DNA of 62,651 bases, the filler included, from Rhabdomonas costata (Eukaryota): NCBI GenBank assembly GCA_019059605.1. It is 37 parts of 37 records of this genome, joined end to end, with 100 filler letters (N's around TTAATTAATTAA, not from the genome) between each part and the next. Parts side by side here need not be neighbours in the genome. Positions count along the whole stretch, not along the records: positions 1 to 1,597 come from JAHMHO010012334.1; positions 1,698 to 3,293 come from JAHMHO010012335.1; positions 3,394 to 4,989 come from JAHMHO010012336.1; positions 5,090 to 6,684 come from JAHMHO010012337.1; positions 6,785 to 8,380 come from JAHMHO010012338.1; positions 8,481 to 10,076 come from JAHMHO010012339.1; positions 10,177 to 11,775 come from JAHMHO010012340.1; 30 more parts are not named here. One strand, written 5' to 3'. Positions 1 through 11,636 of this stretch are shown piece by piece; within the stretch, counting starts at the first letter, position 1; every line of letters begins with the position of its first letter. The translations under genes were made by a program, and so were the position numbers. The notes beneath the pieces are model-generated. The model was not told the DNA's origin. It saw only the letters and a program-made list of their open reading frames with translations, and made no database searches.

Positions 1-451
1 GTGGTGGGTGTGTTTGGTGGTTTGGGTGGCGATGACATTTCTACACCCGTAAGCATCCTTTTCCTTGCCCCCATGCTTACACAGGTGCCAGCGGTGATTA
101 TATACTGTACGTACGAAGAATCTTTTGTTCACCAGCGACGGCAATTTCACGGGGTGTGTAATAAATGAAGCTGTTTAAACACTGCTCAAACACGTCATTC
201 CAAGATTTCGATGCGAAACGGCAGTGACCACTTCCAGCGGATAATGGAAACAGGCAGCAAACTGCGAACTTTACGCGTGCCCACAAAATCGACAAAGACG
301 ACGATGAGAATACTTAGATCCAATCCGAAACGTGTTTCACCCAGAGCACGGGATGGCTGCAATTTCAAAAAGTCGGTTACACCGCAGTTCAATTTGTGCC
401 TCAAAAAGCGGTTGTGAGAGTTGAGGGAAACGCTGGAATTTCCCCGCGAAC

Positions 452-1265
452 CTTCCAGAGCGTCTCGAGCACGTCCGAGGCGAAATCTTCCAGGCCCGTG
501 GTCACCGGCTGGCCCTTCACCACGCCGCCATAGTGGCACCTGTAGTCCCGGCACACCGGCGCGGTGTCCGCGAGGCGCAGCCTCCACTTCAGATCCGCAA
601 TTCGGGACTCCGCCTCGGCGGACTCCGAAAAGAACGCCGAGCGGGCTCCGCGGTCGGTCACGGGGATCTCCTGTCAATTGCGCGCAGTCCGTCCGTTCGT
701 CGCAGGCTTGCCACTGCATATCCAGTTTGGCGTTTGCGCCAAAATTGCGAAAGCAGCATTACAACACTGTGGCAGCAAAGCTTTGTTGCAGCAACATGGA
801 CACAAAATCACACAGTTGCAGCGGAGATCGGGAAAAAGGGAAGTGAAGGGCAAAGGAGACGGAAGCCTTTGCTCTCCAGGACTGCACGGTAACAAGGAGA
901 GATCGTTGATTTTCCCATTCCTTTTATTCTGAAGTTCGCCAGCAACGGGTGTTGAGGGAGTGTGAAGGTTTCGGAGTTGAGGGGCAGGAGGCGCCACCTT
1001 AAGGAAATCGGAGTTGCGGAAGTACAACACTACAGCACGAGTGTCTTCTTGGGTGAGACCCGGCCGAAGGGCGGCCTGGACCAACTCCAGCTCCGTCACG
1101 GAGCGGCCCGCGGGGTAGTCCTGCAGCCACCCAAATGGATCCTCCGGGGGGGAAGGGCGCAGGCCTTGGGCATGGCGCAGCTGGTGCCGCGCAGGGTCGG
1201 CTGCGGCGGAGGGGTCCTCCACGGGACGACCGTAGCGCTCCCCAAGGAGGCCGATGAGAAAGGGC
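452..1265 (-). CDS. TEP1: TEP1-like (telomerase/vault protein component 1) DUF4062-region protein, two internal exons (1265-998, 670-452)
   Basis: Spliced peptide PFLIGLLGERYG...FGWLQDYPAGRSVTELE...LYFRNSDFLK|EIP...FFSESAEAESRIADLK...CRDYRCHYGGVVKGQPVTTGLEDFASDVLETLWK is collinear with the remembered TEP1 segment (GILGSRYG, YPSGRSVTEME, YFRDSSFL, SESEEAARRISELK, YPCEWGG, GLEEF). The GT-AG intron 997-671 joins in phase. Confidence 0.75.
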
Positions 1266-1597
1266 CTGCCCCCCCCCCCAATACGAAACAGCAGAGACCG
1301 AAATAGGAAAGGAATAATCAGAGCGGGATTAGCTCGAGCCCTGGGCTTTTAATTTCTTTTGAAAACGGGCATGACAGTAGCTAAGCAGTATTCTCAAACC
1401 ATATTACAAAAGAAGGGAAAAGAGACCTAATGTATCTGATGTATGAAGAATCGGTTGTTGCTGCTGCTGCGTAGATGAGTAAGGGATCTAAAATCTTGTG
1501 CCCACGGAAAGCTTCCTGACTACCGCGAGAAAAAAGGTTGCCTAGTTGCGCCGCTTCCGTTTTTTCCTTCGCAGTTGGCATGAGTTACCAGTTTCCA

Positions 1598-1697
1598 NNN
1601 NNNNNNNNNNNNNNNNNNNNNNNNNNNNNNNNNNNNNNNNNTTAATTAATTAANNNNNNNNNNNNNNNNNNNNNNNNNNNNNNNNNNNNNNNNNNNN
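1598..1697. other. Artificial contig-joining spacer (first of 36 identical copies, recurring about every 1.7 kb; last at 60957-61056)
   Basis: 44 N + TTAATTAATTAA (stop codons in all six frames) + 44 N, repeated identically between ~1.6 kb contigs. Confidence 0.99.
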
Positions 1698-2015
1698 TTT
1701 TTTTGGGGAAATTTTTGCCTTTTGTTCCTGCTTTTTTTTTTTAGAACTTATTGGATTTGAGACAGTGAATTGTTGAGTTTAGGTGCTGGGGCTTTCGATT
1801 GTTACAGTAGTAGCGTTACCCAGAACCCTTTCAACTCTTCGCACCGGAATTCAGATAAATCGAGCTGGACACTTCGTTTGGAGAACTCAAAAGTCAGATT
1901 GTGGCCAATCTAATGAACTCCTGATACCAAGAAGGCACGATGCGGGGGGAGCATATATATGCAGTGTGGTTGCTATCATGCACGATGCGTGTGTGTATTT
2001 CACGCTAAAACATAC

Positions 2016-2192
2016 CGCAGCGCGGCGGCGGGCGGCGAAGCACCGCACGCAGCAGTCCCAGTCACAGCGATCGCATCGCAACGCCACGGGGGTAGGCAGC
2101 GGGGTGGCCTTGCAGACGTCGCAGCGGTTGCGGGGCTTGTAGAACGGCCGCAAGGGGTGCGGGTGAGGGATCTCCTCCACCATCGGCATCGA
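2016..2192 (-). CDS. C1-like/DC1 cysteine-histidine zinc-finger exon
   Basis: HPHPL...CDVC...RCDRCDWDCCVRC pattern; CAG acceptor before 2192 and GTATG donor after 2016. Confidence 0.7.
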
Positions 2193-3600
2193 CTGTGTGC
2201 GGCCACAAGGAAAACACCAACACTATTGCGCGGAGGGCATACCATGGTGTGGGGTGGAAACGGGTGAGCAGGGAAGAAGGGTCTGAGGCCCAAGACACAC
2301 GCTCACCAGGCATCGACAAGTGGAGAAAGGGGTGAAAGGAGTGAAGAAAGGGATATGGGAAGGTTCACGAAAGAAGGAGGAAGGAGGAAGGAAGTAGATT
2401 CGCTTGCGGGAGCGATGTGGGATTTGAGGGGATTGTGGAAGGGAGTGCTTCACGCACCAAGGTGAACAAAAAAAGGGCACCACGACCCACTCACCACATC
2501 ACTACTACTGCAAACCACTGAATTTAGCATTGCACAACTTTTTCACAGCTCCCTCCTCGTATATGCGTCCTTCTTTGTCTGCCATTTTTCCTGTTCTGCG
2601 CTCTTGGGACGTTTGTCTGTCATTCTCTTCCTTGGACTCGCAGCCAAAAGTGCCACAAGCGCACCTGAAAGCGGAAGAGAGCTGTGCAGCACAGCGACAT
2701 CCCCGGAGGCCACCCACAGCCCCCCGTGGCAGGGGTCCGTGACGGCACACCGAGCCGTATACCGCGCCGAAAGCTGCACCAACCCATCCGCATACACACA
2801 AAACCAAAGTGAGGCCAGCAGAGCAGTATGTTGACAAATATAGGCCCGGGCAACGGCACGGGCTCGAGTCGATCCTGCTGGTTCCCAGATCCAAGGGCAT
2901 GGTGTTCATGGGACAGGCTCCATCACGGCCGCCCAGCACGAGCACAACAACATGAGTGTCAAACTGGGGACATTGAACGAGCTGGAGGTCATCAAGGATC
3001 TGATATTAACTCTACGATGTAGAAACCAAGCCACTCAGAGAGAGGTCGACTGCTCTGATCAACGCCAAAACGGTCATAACCTCGCTAAGAGCGCAATGTT
3101 CGACGAGAAAAGGCCGGAACACCTCGCCCTTGCCTTGTCATATTCGTACAACCAGCTTCAAGGCAACGCTTGCAACGCAATCAAGCCACAGCAGCATCAA
3201 AAATCGCTACAAAGCCTAAAGCACACCACGGCAGATCTCCACGGACCGAATGAAGCCAATCGGCAGTCCAGAAAGATTCAAAACAACAAACCCNNNNNNN
3301 NNNNNNNNNNNNNNNNNNNNNNNNNNNNNNNNNNNNNTTAATTAATTAANNNNNNNNNNNNNNNNNNNNNNNNNNNNNNNNNNNNNNNNNNNNTGCATCG
3401 AATTGAACAGTTTGTGTGGGCATAGTGGGCATTATAGCGTGAGCAAATCATCGTGTTGAACATGACTTTGGAGTCAATATCATTTAAAGTTGAAAAAGGG
3501 AAGGAAATGGGTCTCTCAAAAGAATGCCCTGCAAACATGCTCAGACTCCAAGAGTAGCCAAGAGATATTCCTTCGCCGACTGGGGAACCTTTGAGATTAG

Positions 3601-4009
3601 GCCGTCTTCAAACTCCCCTGTCCCCACCTCTCCGCTTCTCGCTCGCTTCTCGCTGCGGCTGGGCTTCAACGGGGTGGACGCCGCGGGAGCGCAGGCCCTC
3701 TCCGCGCTGCGCGGCTGCCCTGGTCTGACCGAGCTTCAGCTCAACCTGCGTGGCAACAAGCTGGGGGACCCTGGGGTGGCTCACCTTGCCGAGCTTTACC
3801 GGAGCACCAAACTGCAAGGCTTGGACCTGGGCTTTGCTCAGGCCGACGTCACTGCGGCAGGAGCGATGTGCCTTCTCAGCCTCTGTCAGCTTCGGACATT
3901 GGCCAGGCTAAAGCTGGACCTCGGGGGGTACCCATGGTACAACACCGAGGTGGATGTGGCACTGCGGAAGGGCTTTGCGGGAATCCAGTCTTGCTGGATC
4001 GTGCACTGA
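3601..4009 (+). CDS. Leucine-rich repeat (RNI-like) protein, terminal exon
   Basis: Repeats LRLGFNGVDAAGAQAL, LQLNLRGNKLGDPGVAHL, LDLGFAQADVTAAGAMCL; stop at 4009; 5' boundary approximate (TAG at 3598-3600). Confidence 0.8.
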
Positions 4010-5785
4010 GGATATGCCTGAGGGGCTGAGAAAGGGGAATGAGGCCGGGGGCTTTTCCCACCTACCCCACCCCTTTCCTCCCATTCGCTGCTTTTACGCT
4101 CCCTCTTTTTCTTTGGCTGTACTTTTATCCGCTTGCCCTCGATGTCACCACTACATTATTACCCCCGGGACGTGCTTCTCCTCTCTCTCTCTTTCTCGCC
4201 ATCAGATTTCTCTGAGCCAGCGTGTATGGGTGGGGGGTGGCTGTTGCGCGGAGGAAGCAATTTCCTTCCTCTGTGTGTGTGTGTGTGTTCGCTGCTGGCA
4301 AGACCTTGAAGTTGCTTTTTTGTTTTTCTCTGTTTTCCCTATTTTGGGGAGACATTGTTGCCGCTGTTGAACTTGCATGCCTTGTGAGTTTGTTTGTATT
4401 CTGCTTTGGCCATTATATTGCCCGGGCCTCCTCAAAATGGAAAGTAGGACAAAAAAAGGTTACCAAAACCACCCTTTTGAACTTACGGGGGTTTGGCAAG
4501 GGGGGAGTAAAAGGTCTCTTTGGAAACCATGCCAGCACAGTTCGTTTATGTGCATTGAAAGCTGCTAAGTTCAGTTTACTTTTTCCAGATTAGCAGATGT
4601 TTTTTGGATGTGCCTGTGGCATACGCTGTGATATCTCGCTTCTCACTTTTTGACGCCCGAGCCATAAATTGTGGAGATGACAAAAAACATCAGAGACATG
4701 TCAGACCCTCCTTATGTACGGCCGGCCACCGAGCATGTTCTCCGGAACCCAATCTTCGTGACCATGCTCACCAGGGCTCCTCCTATGTATGTGCACTCTT
4801 GGACGAATAACTTCCCCAGGTCATGAGAATTCGGATTCGGTCCCGGCTCTTTCTCATGACCCCCCTGCCTCCGCTCACCGGGTCTTGATAATTTTCAGGC
4901 GAGCTCTAACCACTTTAAGGGCACACCTGATTGCTCGGGGTTGGGGGTTGGGCTGCCCCATTCCCGTACTCTTTCATCACCCCCCACACNNNNNNNNNNN
5001 NNNNNNNNNNNNNNNNNNNNNNNNNNNNNNNNNTTAATTAATTAANNNNNNNNNNNNNNNNNNNNNNNNNNNNNNNNNNNNNNNNNNNNGTGGTTGGTTG
5101 AATCGGTGCTGCTCCCTATTTCTTGGTCAGAACGCCACCAGACAGCGAAGACACACCTGCATACCTCCGAGTGACGGGACAGGAATGGGATCCTGGATAC
5201 TAATTGGATCCTCCGCGCACGTGTTCCACCGAATTGGCTGTCCACGGTGCCACTAAAGTAAGCTACACCCGGGAAATGGTATGCGCGAGGCTTTTCCCTT
5301 GAGGGCACATGTTTGAACCCAGAACGTTCGTACCCGAAAACATTTAGATATGGAGTAGTCTGAAGTGCTTTCTGTGCCGAGCGATGTGTGGATCTTATGA
5401 TCGGAGGTTCTGGTGAAGGGAACGTAATGAGGGTAAGAAGGGAGGTGTGGTGCAGTTCTCAGTTTACCGTGTAACGTGCTTAATATGCGACGGAGGGTCC
5501 AGGCGGTGGGCCCGTGTGTCTTCGCTGCCTTGACCAACACGAAAAGCTCGGGTAAAAAGCTCTAGAGAGACAGAGGGAACAAAAAGGCCACGGGTGGTGC
5601 CGCAGCGTGGGGCACACCTCCCGGGAAATACTCTCCAGCAAAGAAAAAACCCACGAATCCACGTGGGATTGAAACGGGAAGCCAAACTTGAGAAAACAAC
5701 TGCTGAGAAGGACAAGGGGGAATTGACAGTTTGATTTGGTTGCAGTGGAGACGGCTTCCTGGATGGAAGCCCTAACTATTTTCTT

Positions 5786-6136
5786 TTAGTTTGCGGCCTG
5801 GAGCTGGGTGCCGAACGGAGGGTAGTAGGGGTCTCCCTTCTTGGGCTTCGTGGCCTTGGCCTTGTGGCGAACGACGAAGTACAGAACCACCACCAGCAGA
5901 GGGATCAGTGCCAGCAGTGCCAGCAGCGCCGCCAGCGGGGGGCTGGCGGCGGGGCCCGTGGTGGAGTCCAGTTGGGTTGCCTCTGCCCAAAGCGGCCGAG
6001 CAACTCCCCAGGGCTTCCCCGGCTCTGGGGGCTCCACCCCAGTGATGGGTGCTGGGACTGCCGTGCCGGCAGTGCTGGAAAGGCTGAGGCAGCTGTACCC
6101 CGTGACGGCCACCCGCCAGGTACCACCTTTGGTTAT
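5786..6136 (-). CDS. Terminal exon of a type I membrane protein (Pro/Thr stalk, one TM helix, basic cytosolic tail)
   Basis: CAG acceptor, 117 codons to stop; TM LAALLALLALIPLLVVVLYFVV followed by RHKAKATKPKK. Confidence 0.7.
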   Translation of the reverse strand: MTKGGTWRVAVTGYSCLSLSSTAGTAVPAPITGVEPPEPGKPWGVARPLWAEATQLDSTTGPAASPPLAALLALLALIPLLVVVLYFVVRHKAKATKPKKGDPYYPPFGTQLQAAN

Positions 6137-7061
6137 CTGCCAAATGCGGGGACGTTGCTGTTGTTCTTTGATGTGATTGCTTACTTGTACTTTTGTATTT
6201 GTGTTTTGTCGTTGTGGCCAAGAGATCGTCTCTTAGGGGCCCGCTTTCCCTTGTCGGGCCTCCCACAAACCTTCTGCATGCTCCCCGTCGCTCATCACGG
6301 CACAAATCCTTAACATGGTGTGGTTGCAGTGGTGAGGTTTGTTCCCTGTGCTATAGTTATTATAGTTGACAAAGCTGGATTTTAAAATGATGCACTTTTT
6401 AGGGTCAATAATTCCCCAGCTCGAATCCCCCTTTCCCCCATAGGGTCAATGGTGACCTTTACGGTAGGCTGTGTGCCCCATTTTGAAACAGCATTGACTA
6501 CATGAGGAACGTGTGCTTTGCAAAGCAACCGCAAAAAAAGTGCCCAAATCTGATTTCTCAGCTAAAAAGGCCACAGTGAGGGGTAAAACGGTGGTTTTTA
6601 GGCCAAAATTGAAAAGAAAAAAACCCCAATCACGCAGCACAGAAAACACGAAATCTAACTTCTGTAACACCCCCCACCCCCTCCNNNNNNNNNNNNNNNN
6701 NNNNNNNNNNNNNNNNNNNNNNNNNNNNTTAATTAATTAANNNNNNNNNNNNNNNNNNNNNNNNNNNNNNNNNNNNNNNNNNNNTTGTTGTTGTGACAGA
6801 ACCGCGGACTGCTGTGCAGGCCCCACTGCGATGAGTGTGCGTTCTGAGCATCCTTTTCCACTCCCTGTGCTAACTGAAGTTTCAATTGAAACGGACCATA
6901 CATCACTGGGGTGCAAAATGCTCCTGTGCATCGCCTCCAATGATCTATAATCGCTTGAGTGCCCTGCAGTCGAGGCGGTGGCATCGCGCATCCAACTCGA
7001 AGAGAAAACTCCTGTTAAAATCTCCGCTTCGCAAAAAGACAGCAAGCAAGCCGCTCACACC

Positions 7062-8370
7062 TCAGCAGACCGCTGCGGACGGCACGGTGAGCTCGGGCAG
7101 CAGGCCGGCGAGGGTCTCCAGCAGCCGCTCTCGGCTCACGGGCTTGCACAGAAAGGAGTCCACACCGGCCTGCAGAGGAGCGAGAAGAAGTCAGCGAGGC
7201 TCCCAGACTCCATCCAAACGAAGCCTACCTTCACCAAATATTCCCTGTGACAGTCATCTAACATTTCCAGTTGCATTTTTCGCACTTAAGAATGAGTGCA
7301 TTTTTGCGTCCAGAGATCAATAAAAAAGCAATATAAATCCAAAACAAGGATTCAGCTGAACAACACAGAAAGAAGAAGACGTTGTGAAGTCCTCAACGGA
7401 GGAAAACGCACTATTCACAGGACGCAGGATGACAAAGCGTTGTTTGCTCGACGGCCGCCACTCAGCCACAGGCACACCTGACGAATATGAACTCTGTCGA
7501 TGCTACTGGTAAAAAATGGCTCGTGAGCGAAAGCATACAAACCCATGCTGCTTTGGAACTGAAGATTGGGAAGACACAAGGCGGCATTTTCACCTGAGTG
7601 CAACTGTATTGCGTATCCTCTCCAGAGTTCCCGCTCAGCACAGTGATCATCGGCACACGCCCTAGAGGCCCAGCTTGGATGGAGCCGCGATCGTGCACCG
7701 GAGGTGCCTGTGGCGGGTGCCGCGAGGGCCCCTCGGTGCGGATCCTCGCTGCCAGCTGCAGCCCGTCCATGGGCCCACTGAGGTTGAGGTCGGTTAGTAC
7801 CCAGTGCACGGTGCCGGGGAAGGCGCACAGCTTGGCCCAAGCCTCCTCCGCATCTGCATCGTGGAGTCAACGGCAACGCCGACCAGGACGGAGAACCACA
7901 ACTTATGCTTTCCAATGCCAAATTTCCTCCTATGTTCTGGATGGCTGCACCTTTGACCTTCACCTGGCCGGGGGCGGAGGTCAAACAACCCATTCGTGTG
8001 CTGACCCCTCCGAGCCAGGCTTGTGGAAACCCTTTCTCACTCCCTTTTCGAACTCTAGCTTCTCTGGACCCGAATGAGATGCGGAGTAGACAGGGCGCCA
8101 CGCTCGTCCATACATGCTCCAAAAGTCACCAATGCAAGATCACAACTCGCCTTTGACACCATACTTCCTCCTGGCGACATCTCATAGGGCTACTTGCCGC
8201 ATAAGGTCCCCGAGAGAAGGAGAACTGCCCGCACGCAAACCCATGCACGACAGCACAGTGCCAATGCCCAGGCTCTGCAGCAGTCGGGTCATCACGGTGT
8301 TGCACACGGCGTTGTCCTCCACCAGCAGCACTACCAGCGAGCTCAGCGCGTTGCCAGGGGACGGGGATCT
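7062..8370 (-). CDS. C-terminal response-regulator receiver domain (two-component signalling), three exons (~8370-8241, 7853-7594, 7169-7062)
   Basis: Spliced VLLVEDNAVCNTVMTRLL...M|DAEEAW...VLTDLNLSGPMDGLQLAARIR...ITVLSGN...Q|AGVDSFLCKPVSRERLLETL*; acidic pair, phospho-Asp, Ser and Lys-Pro are all present; both GT-AG introns are in phase. Confidence 0.92.
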
Positions 8371-8738
8371 ACAACACCCCNNNNNNNNNNNNNNNNNNNN
8401 NNNNNNNNNNNNNNNNNNNNNNNNTTAATTAATTAANNNNNNNNNNNNNNNNNNNNNNNNNNNNNNNNNNNNNNNNNNNNGGTGTGTGTGCATGTGTCTT
8501 ACAGCTGTCGTCCTGTGATGAAAGATTTTTGAAAAACAAAAGCATGAGAAACCATGAAAAAGCGACTCGCAAAGGATTCAGAGGCGGCCTGGAGCGGGGA
8601 ACCATACCAAAGCTACCAAGAGTCCAAAAACCAATGGAACTGAGGACACCGCCTCCGTCCTTTGAGGGCATCATCCCATCTGCCTGGTGGTGTTTGATGT
8701 GCCGTGTGTGTGTGTGTGTGTGTCATTGTCGCTGCCAG

Positions 8739-9589
8739 CTGACCATCACGTAAACATCCGCCTGGTCAACTGCACGAAATGGTCAGTCTGTGTGTGTGGA
8801 TGTGTTTGCGGCCCGTGTGAGAAAATGGCCCTGCGGAGTTCTTGTTTTCTCCCTCGTGACCTGCTCAGTAGAATCCTTGCACAAGTCTCGGGTTTTTTGT
8901 TGCAGCCGGGTAGTCACAGATATTTTGCCAACTCTGCCTTCATCCCAGCACATCCGTTTTTGAGACTTAACTATTCAACCCACGAGCTGAAGGTGTCGGT
9001 GCATCTCTCCGCGTGGCACAGTGAAACATTGTAGGGATGGGATAATGTGCCTTGTCCATGTCTATGAGATGAGCTTCGCGTGCTTGTTCCGTTCTATGGT
9101 GATTTGCCGTTATCCGACGTTTCATACTGTGTATGTCTTGACTGTTGTGCTTCTTTTCTTTCTCCTTTCACCTTATGCAGGGCGATGAGCAGCTACCTCG
9201 AAGATGGCCCTGAGCCAGATAGCGGCTCCAAACACCTCGGGGCTCTCACCTCCGCCCCTGTGCTTGGGCTACCCCTGCCCACCATCCCCACGATTCCTGG
9301 CCACCCCTCCGGGTCCCACTCCAATTCCAACTCCACCACCAGCGGGTGTGCCACGGGCGGCGGCGTGGGGGGCCCGGCCTCGCACTCTGTGCTCCCGCTG
9401 TCCCCGAGGGAGCCCCTGCCTCCGCTGCGGTTTGTCGTGGTGGATGACAACGCGATCAACCGCATCCTCCTCAGCCGGCTGCTTCAGGCGGTGTTCGTGT
9501 GCGATGTCCGCGCGGCGGGGTCGGGGCAGGAGGCTCTGGGGATGGTCCAGGAGGGGGTCCCCAACACCCGCACTCTGGTGCTCACCGAC
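8739..9589 (+). CDS. Second receiver-domain protein, partial (exons 8739-8781, 9181-9589)
   Basis: Low-complexity linker then LRFVVVDDNAINRILLSRLL...AGSGQEAL...LVLTD, ending at a GTATGT donor; the mini-exon joins in phase (TG|G = Trp). Confidence 0.88.
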
Positions 9590-11140
9590 GTATGTCCTCA
9601 TTCCCACCGCCCCGGTCCCTCGGCCACACCCCCAGCTAGCCCAAAACCGGCAATGCTGAAAGAAGCGTGTTCCCATGAACACCTGTCAATGCGATTCTAT
9701 GGTTCCCTCTGGAAAGCCGTCGCGCCTACCCCTCTTTGCAGCGTGAACACCGTATATATCTCAGACCCGAACCCCCCGAGCTATGACCTTATATCGCCAT
9801 GGGCACGTTTATTTGGATTACCAGAAACCTGGAGCAAAAAAGCATTGTAACTCCTTGAATAATAGGAAAGCAAATAACCCGTTGAATTTACAGACAAACC
9901 ATCTCAATTCTCGGTATGATCGTTTTTGAAGGTCAGTACTTCACAACGAGTACGACTACTGCATCGTTTCCTCACAGAAACTAAATTATTACCGATTTGG
10001 TACGATTGCAACGCTTGCCAGCATGAAAAGACCAAGAACCACAAGGAAAGATGATTGTTTCACAAAAAAAAAACAANNNNNNNNNNNNNNNNNNNNNNNN
10101 NNNNNNNNNNNNNNNNNNNNTTAATTAATTAANNNNNNNNNNNNNNNNNNNNNNNNNNNNNNNNNNNNNNNNNNNNGTGGGTTGTGGACGACAACTCACC
10201 AGATTTTTGCGTGAGTGGTAGCGTAGTGTCCGTTCCTGGCAGCCATAAAAAATCTTGTATCTATTTTTCATCTCGGGAGCTTGTGTCTCACTGCTTGTCT
10301 CGTCTTCTGGTGCGGTGTGGTTTGCTCTTCAGACGGAAAAGGGGACAGAACATCGCCCTTAGGGGGTGCCGGGTTTCAGGGCGTTTTGCAGTCAAATAGA
10401 CATGCTCGAAACGTTTCAGCTTCACGCTTCAGCGCTTGTACTTTATCGCAATCGGTTCTGCTTTGGTTCAATCTGTTTGGTGACCCAGTGATATAGTGAT
10501 ATAGTGAGCATCAGTCCACAGTGGTCAAGCCCCACGCACCCGGCTTCGCACCAAGGACTTGTCTTGATTCAAAAATATATTTTCCTACGGAAACTTCTGT
10601 TTGCTCCCAAGTGAAGTGGAATCAGCACAAAAAAAAGGGCTTTCTAGAGTTCGCCACCAGGGGAGGGAGGGCAGCAAAAGTCTGTGGCCACGAAAGAACG
10701 AAAGAATCTGGTGGGTGGAATCTGGTGGGTGATTGGGAGCAAACAGCAGCTTCTTTTTCATCTGTGATCTCATGGAACCGTTCATCCCCTTCAGATGAGG
10801 GCAAGTTACCTGAGTCCGCTGCAATCCGCGTCCCGAGACATGACACGCAAACTTCCAAGGGGAGTGTGCTGTCCTGCATTGAAATCTTCCAAAGCGCCGA
10901 GATGCCGTCAGGGCACCTGCAAAGAACCACCCGTGGAAGCATTAAGTCCGAGTGTTCACCGACCCCCGCACACTGCCGCGCTGGTGGGGTTCCATTTGTT
11001 TTTTGAGCCCCCCAGTCTCGCTGTCCAGGCCTGGGTAGTGATCAGCAGTTGTCGAGGGTTGTATGTTCAAGGGGTCCGCAAGGGGTTAGAGCGCGGAATA
11101 GGTATTTTTTCATTTGTCTCTAAGCAATTCTGCTCTTCCA

Positions 11141-11141
<1 letters not shown>

Positions 11142-11178
<37 letters not shown>
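11142..11178. repeat. (CA)n microsatellite
   Basis: Direct reading. Confidence 0.97.
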
Positions 11179-11181
<3 letters not shown>

Positions 11182-11225
11182 GTCCCTTTTTCGGGGAACG
11201 AGGGTCCTTTGCTACCCGTACGCAG

Positions 11226-11636
11226 GTCCAGGTCCCGTATCCGGTGGAAAGGATTGTGGAGAAGGTCATCGAGCAAGTCGTTCACGTGCCTGGACCAACC
11301 CGTGGTATTGACTCGATTTAATGATTGAATTGTGATGTGCACTTTTCTTACAGGGGAGGGGTTGCCAGCTTTCTGCGGTTCATGCCTACATTAATCTTCC
11401 TATTGAGGTTCCTGAAAGTAAAGGAAGGGCGGTTTGGCGCTTAAATTGCTCGCTGTGTGAAATTAGGGGCTAATGGGTGGTGGGTTGCAGTGGTGGAGAA
11501 GGTGGTGGAGGTGGAGAAGATTGTGGAGGTCGAGGTCGAGGTGGAGCAGGTCCGCGAGGTGGAGGTGCCATACCCCGTCGAAAAGATCGTCGAGCGCATT
11601 GTGCAGCAGCCGGTTCCCGTTGAGCACATTCGGGAG
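11226..11636 (+). CDS. Articulin/epiplasmin-type cortical cytoskeleton protein (exons 11226-11304, 11491-11636)
   Basis: VQVPYPVERIVEKVIEQVVHVP...V|VEKVVEVEKIVEV...EVPYPVEKIVERIVQQPVPVEHIRE; V/E/P-rich VPYPVEK repeats; in-phase GT-AG intron. Confidence 0.85.

Noticed and set aside
1642..1653. TTAATTAATTAA recurring every ~1.7 kb, like a CRISPR or regularly spaced repeat
   Set aside because: Always embedded in 44+44 N; it is an artificial six-frame-stop linker
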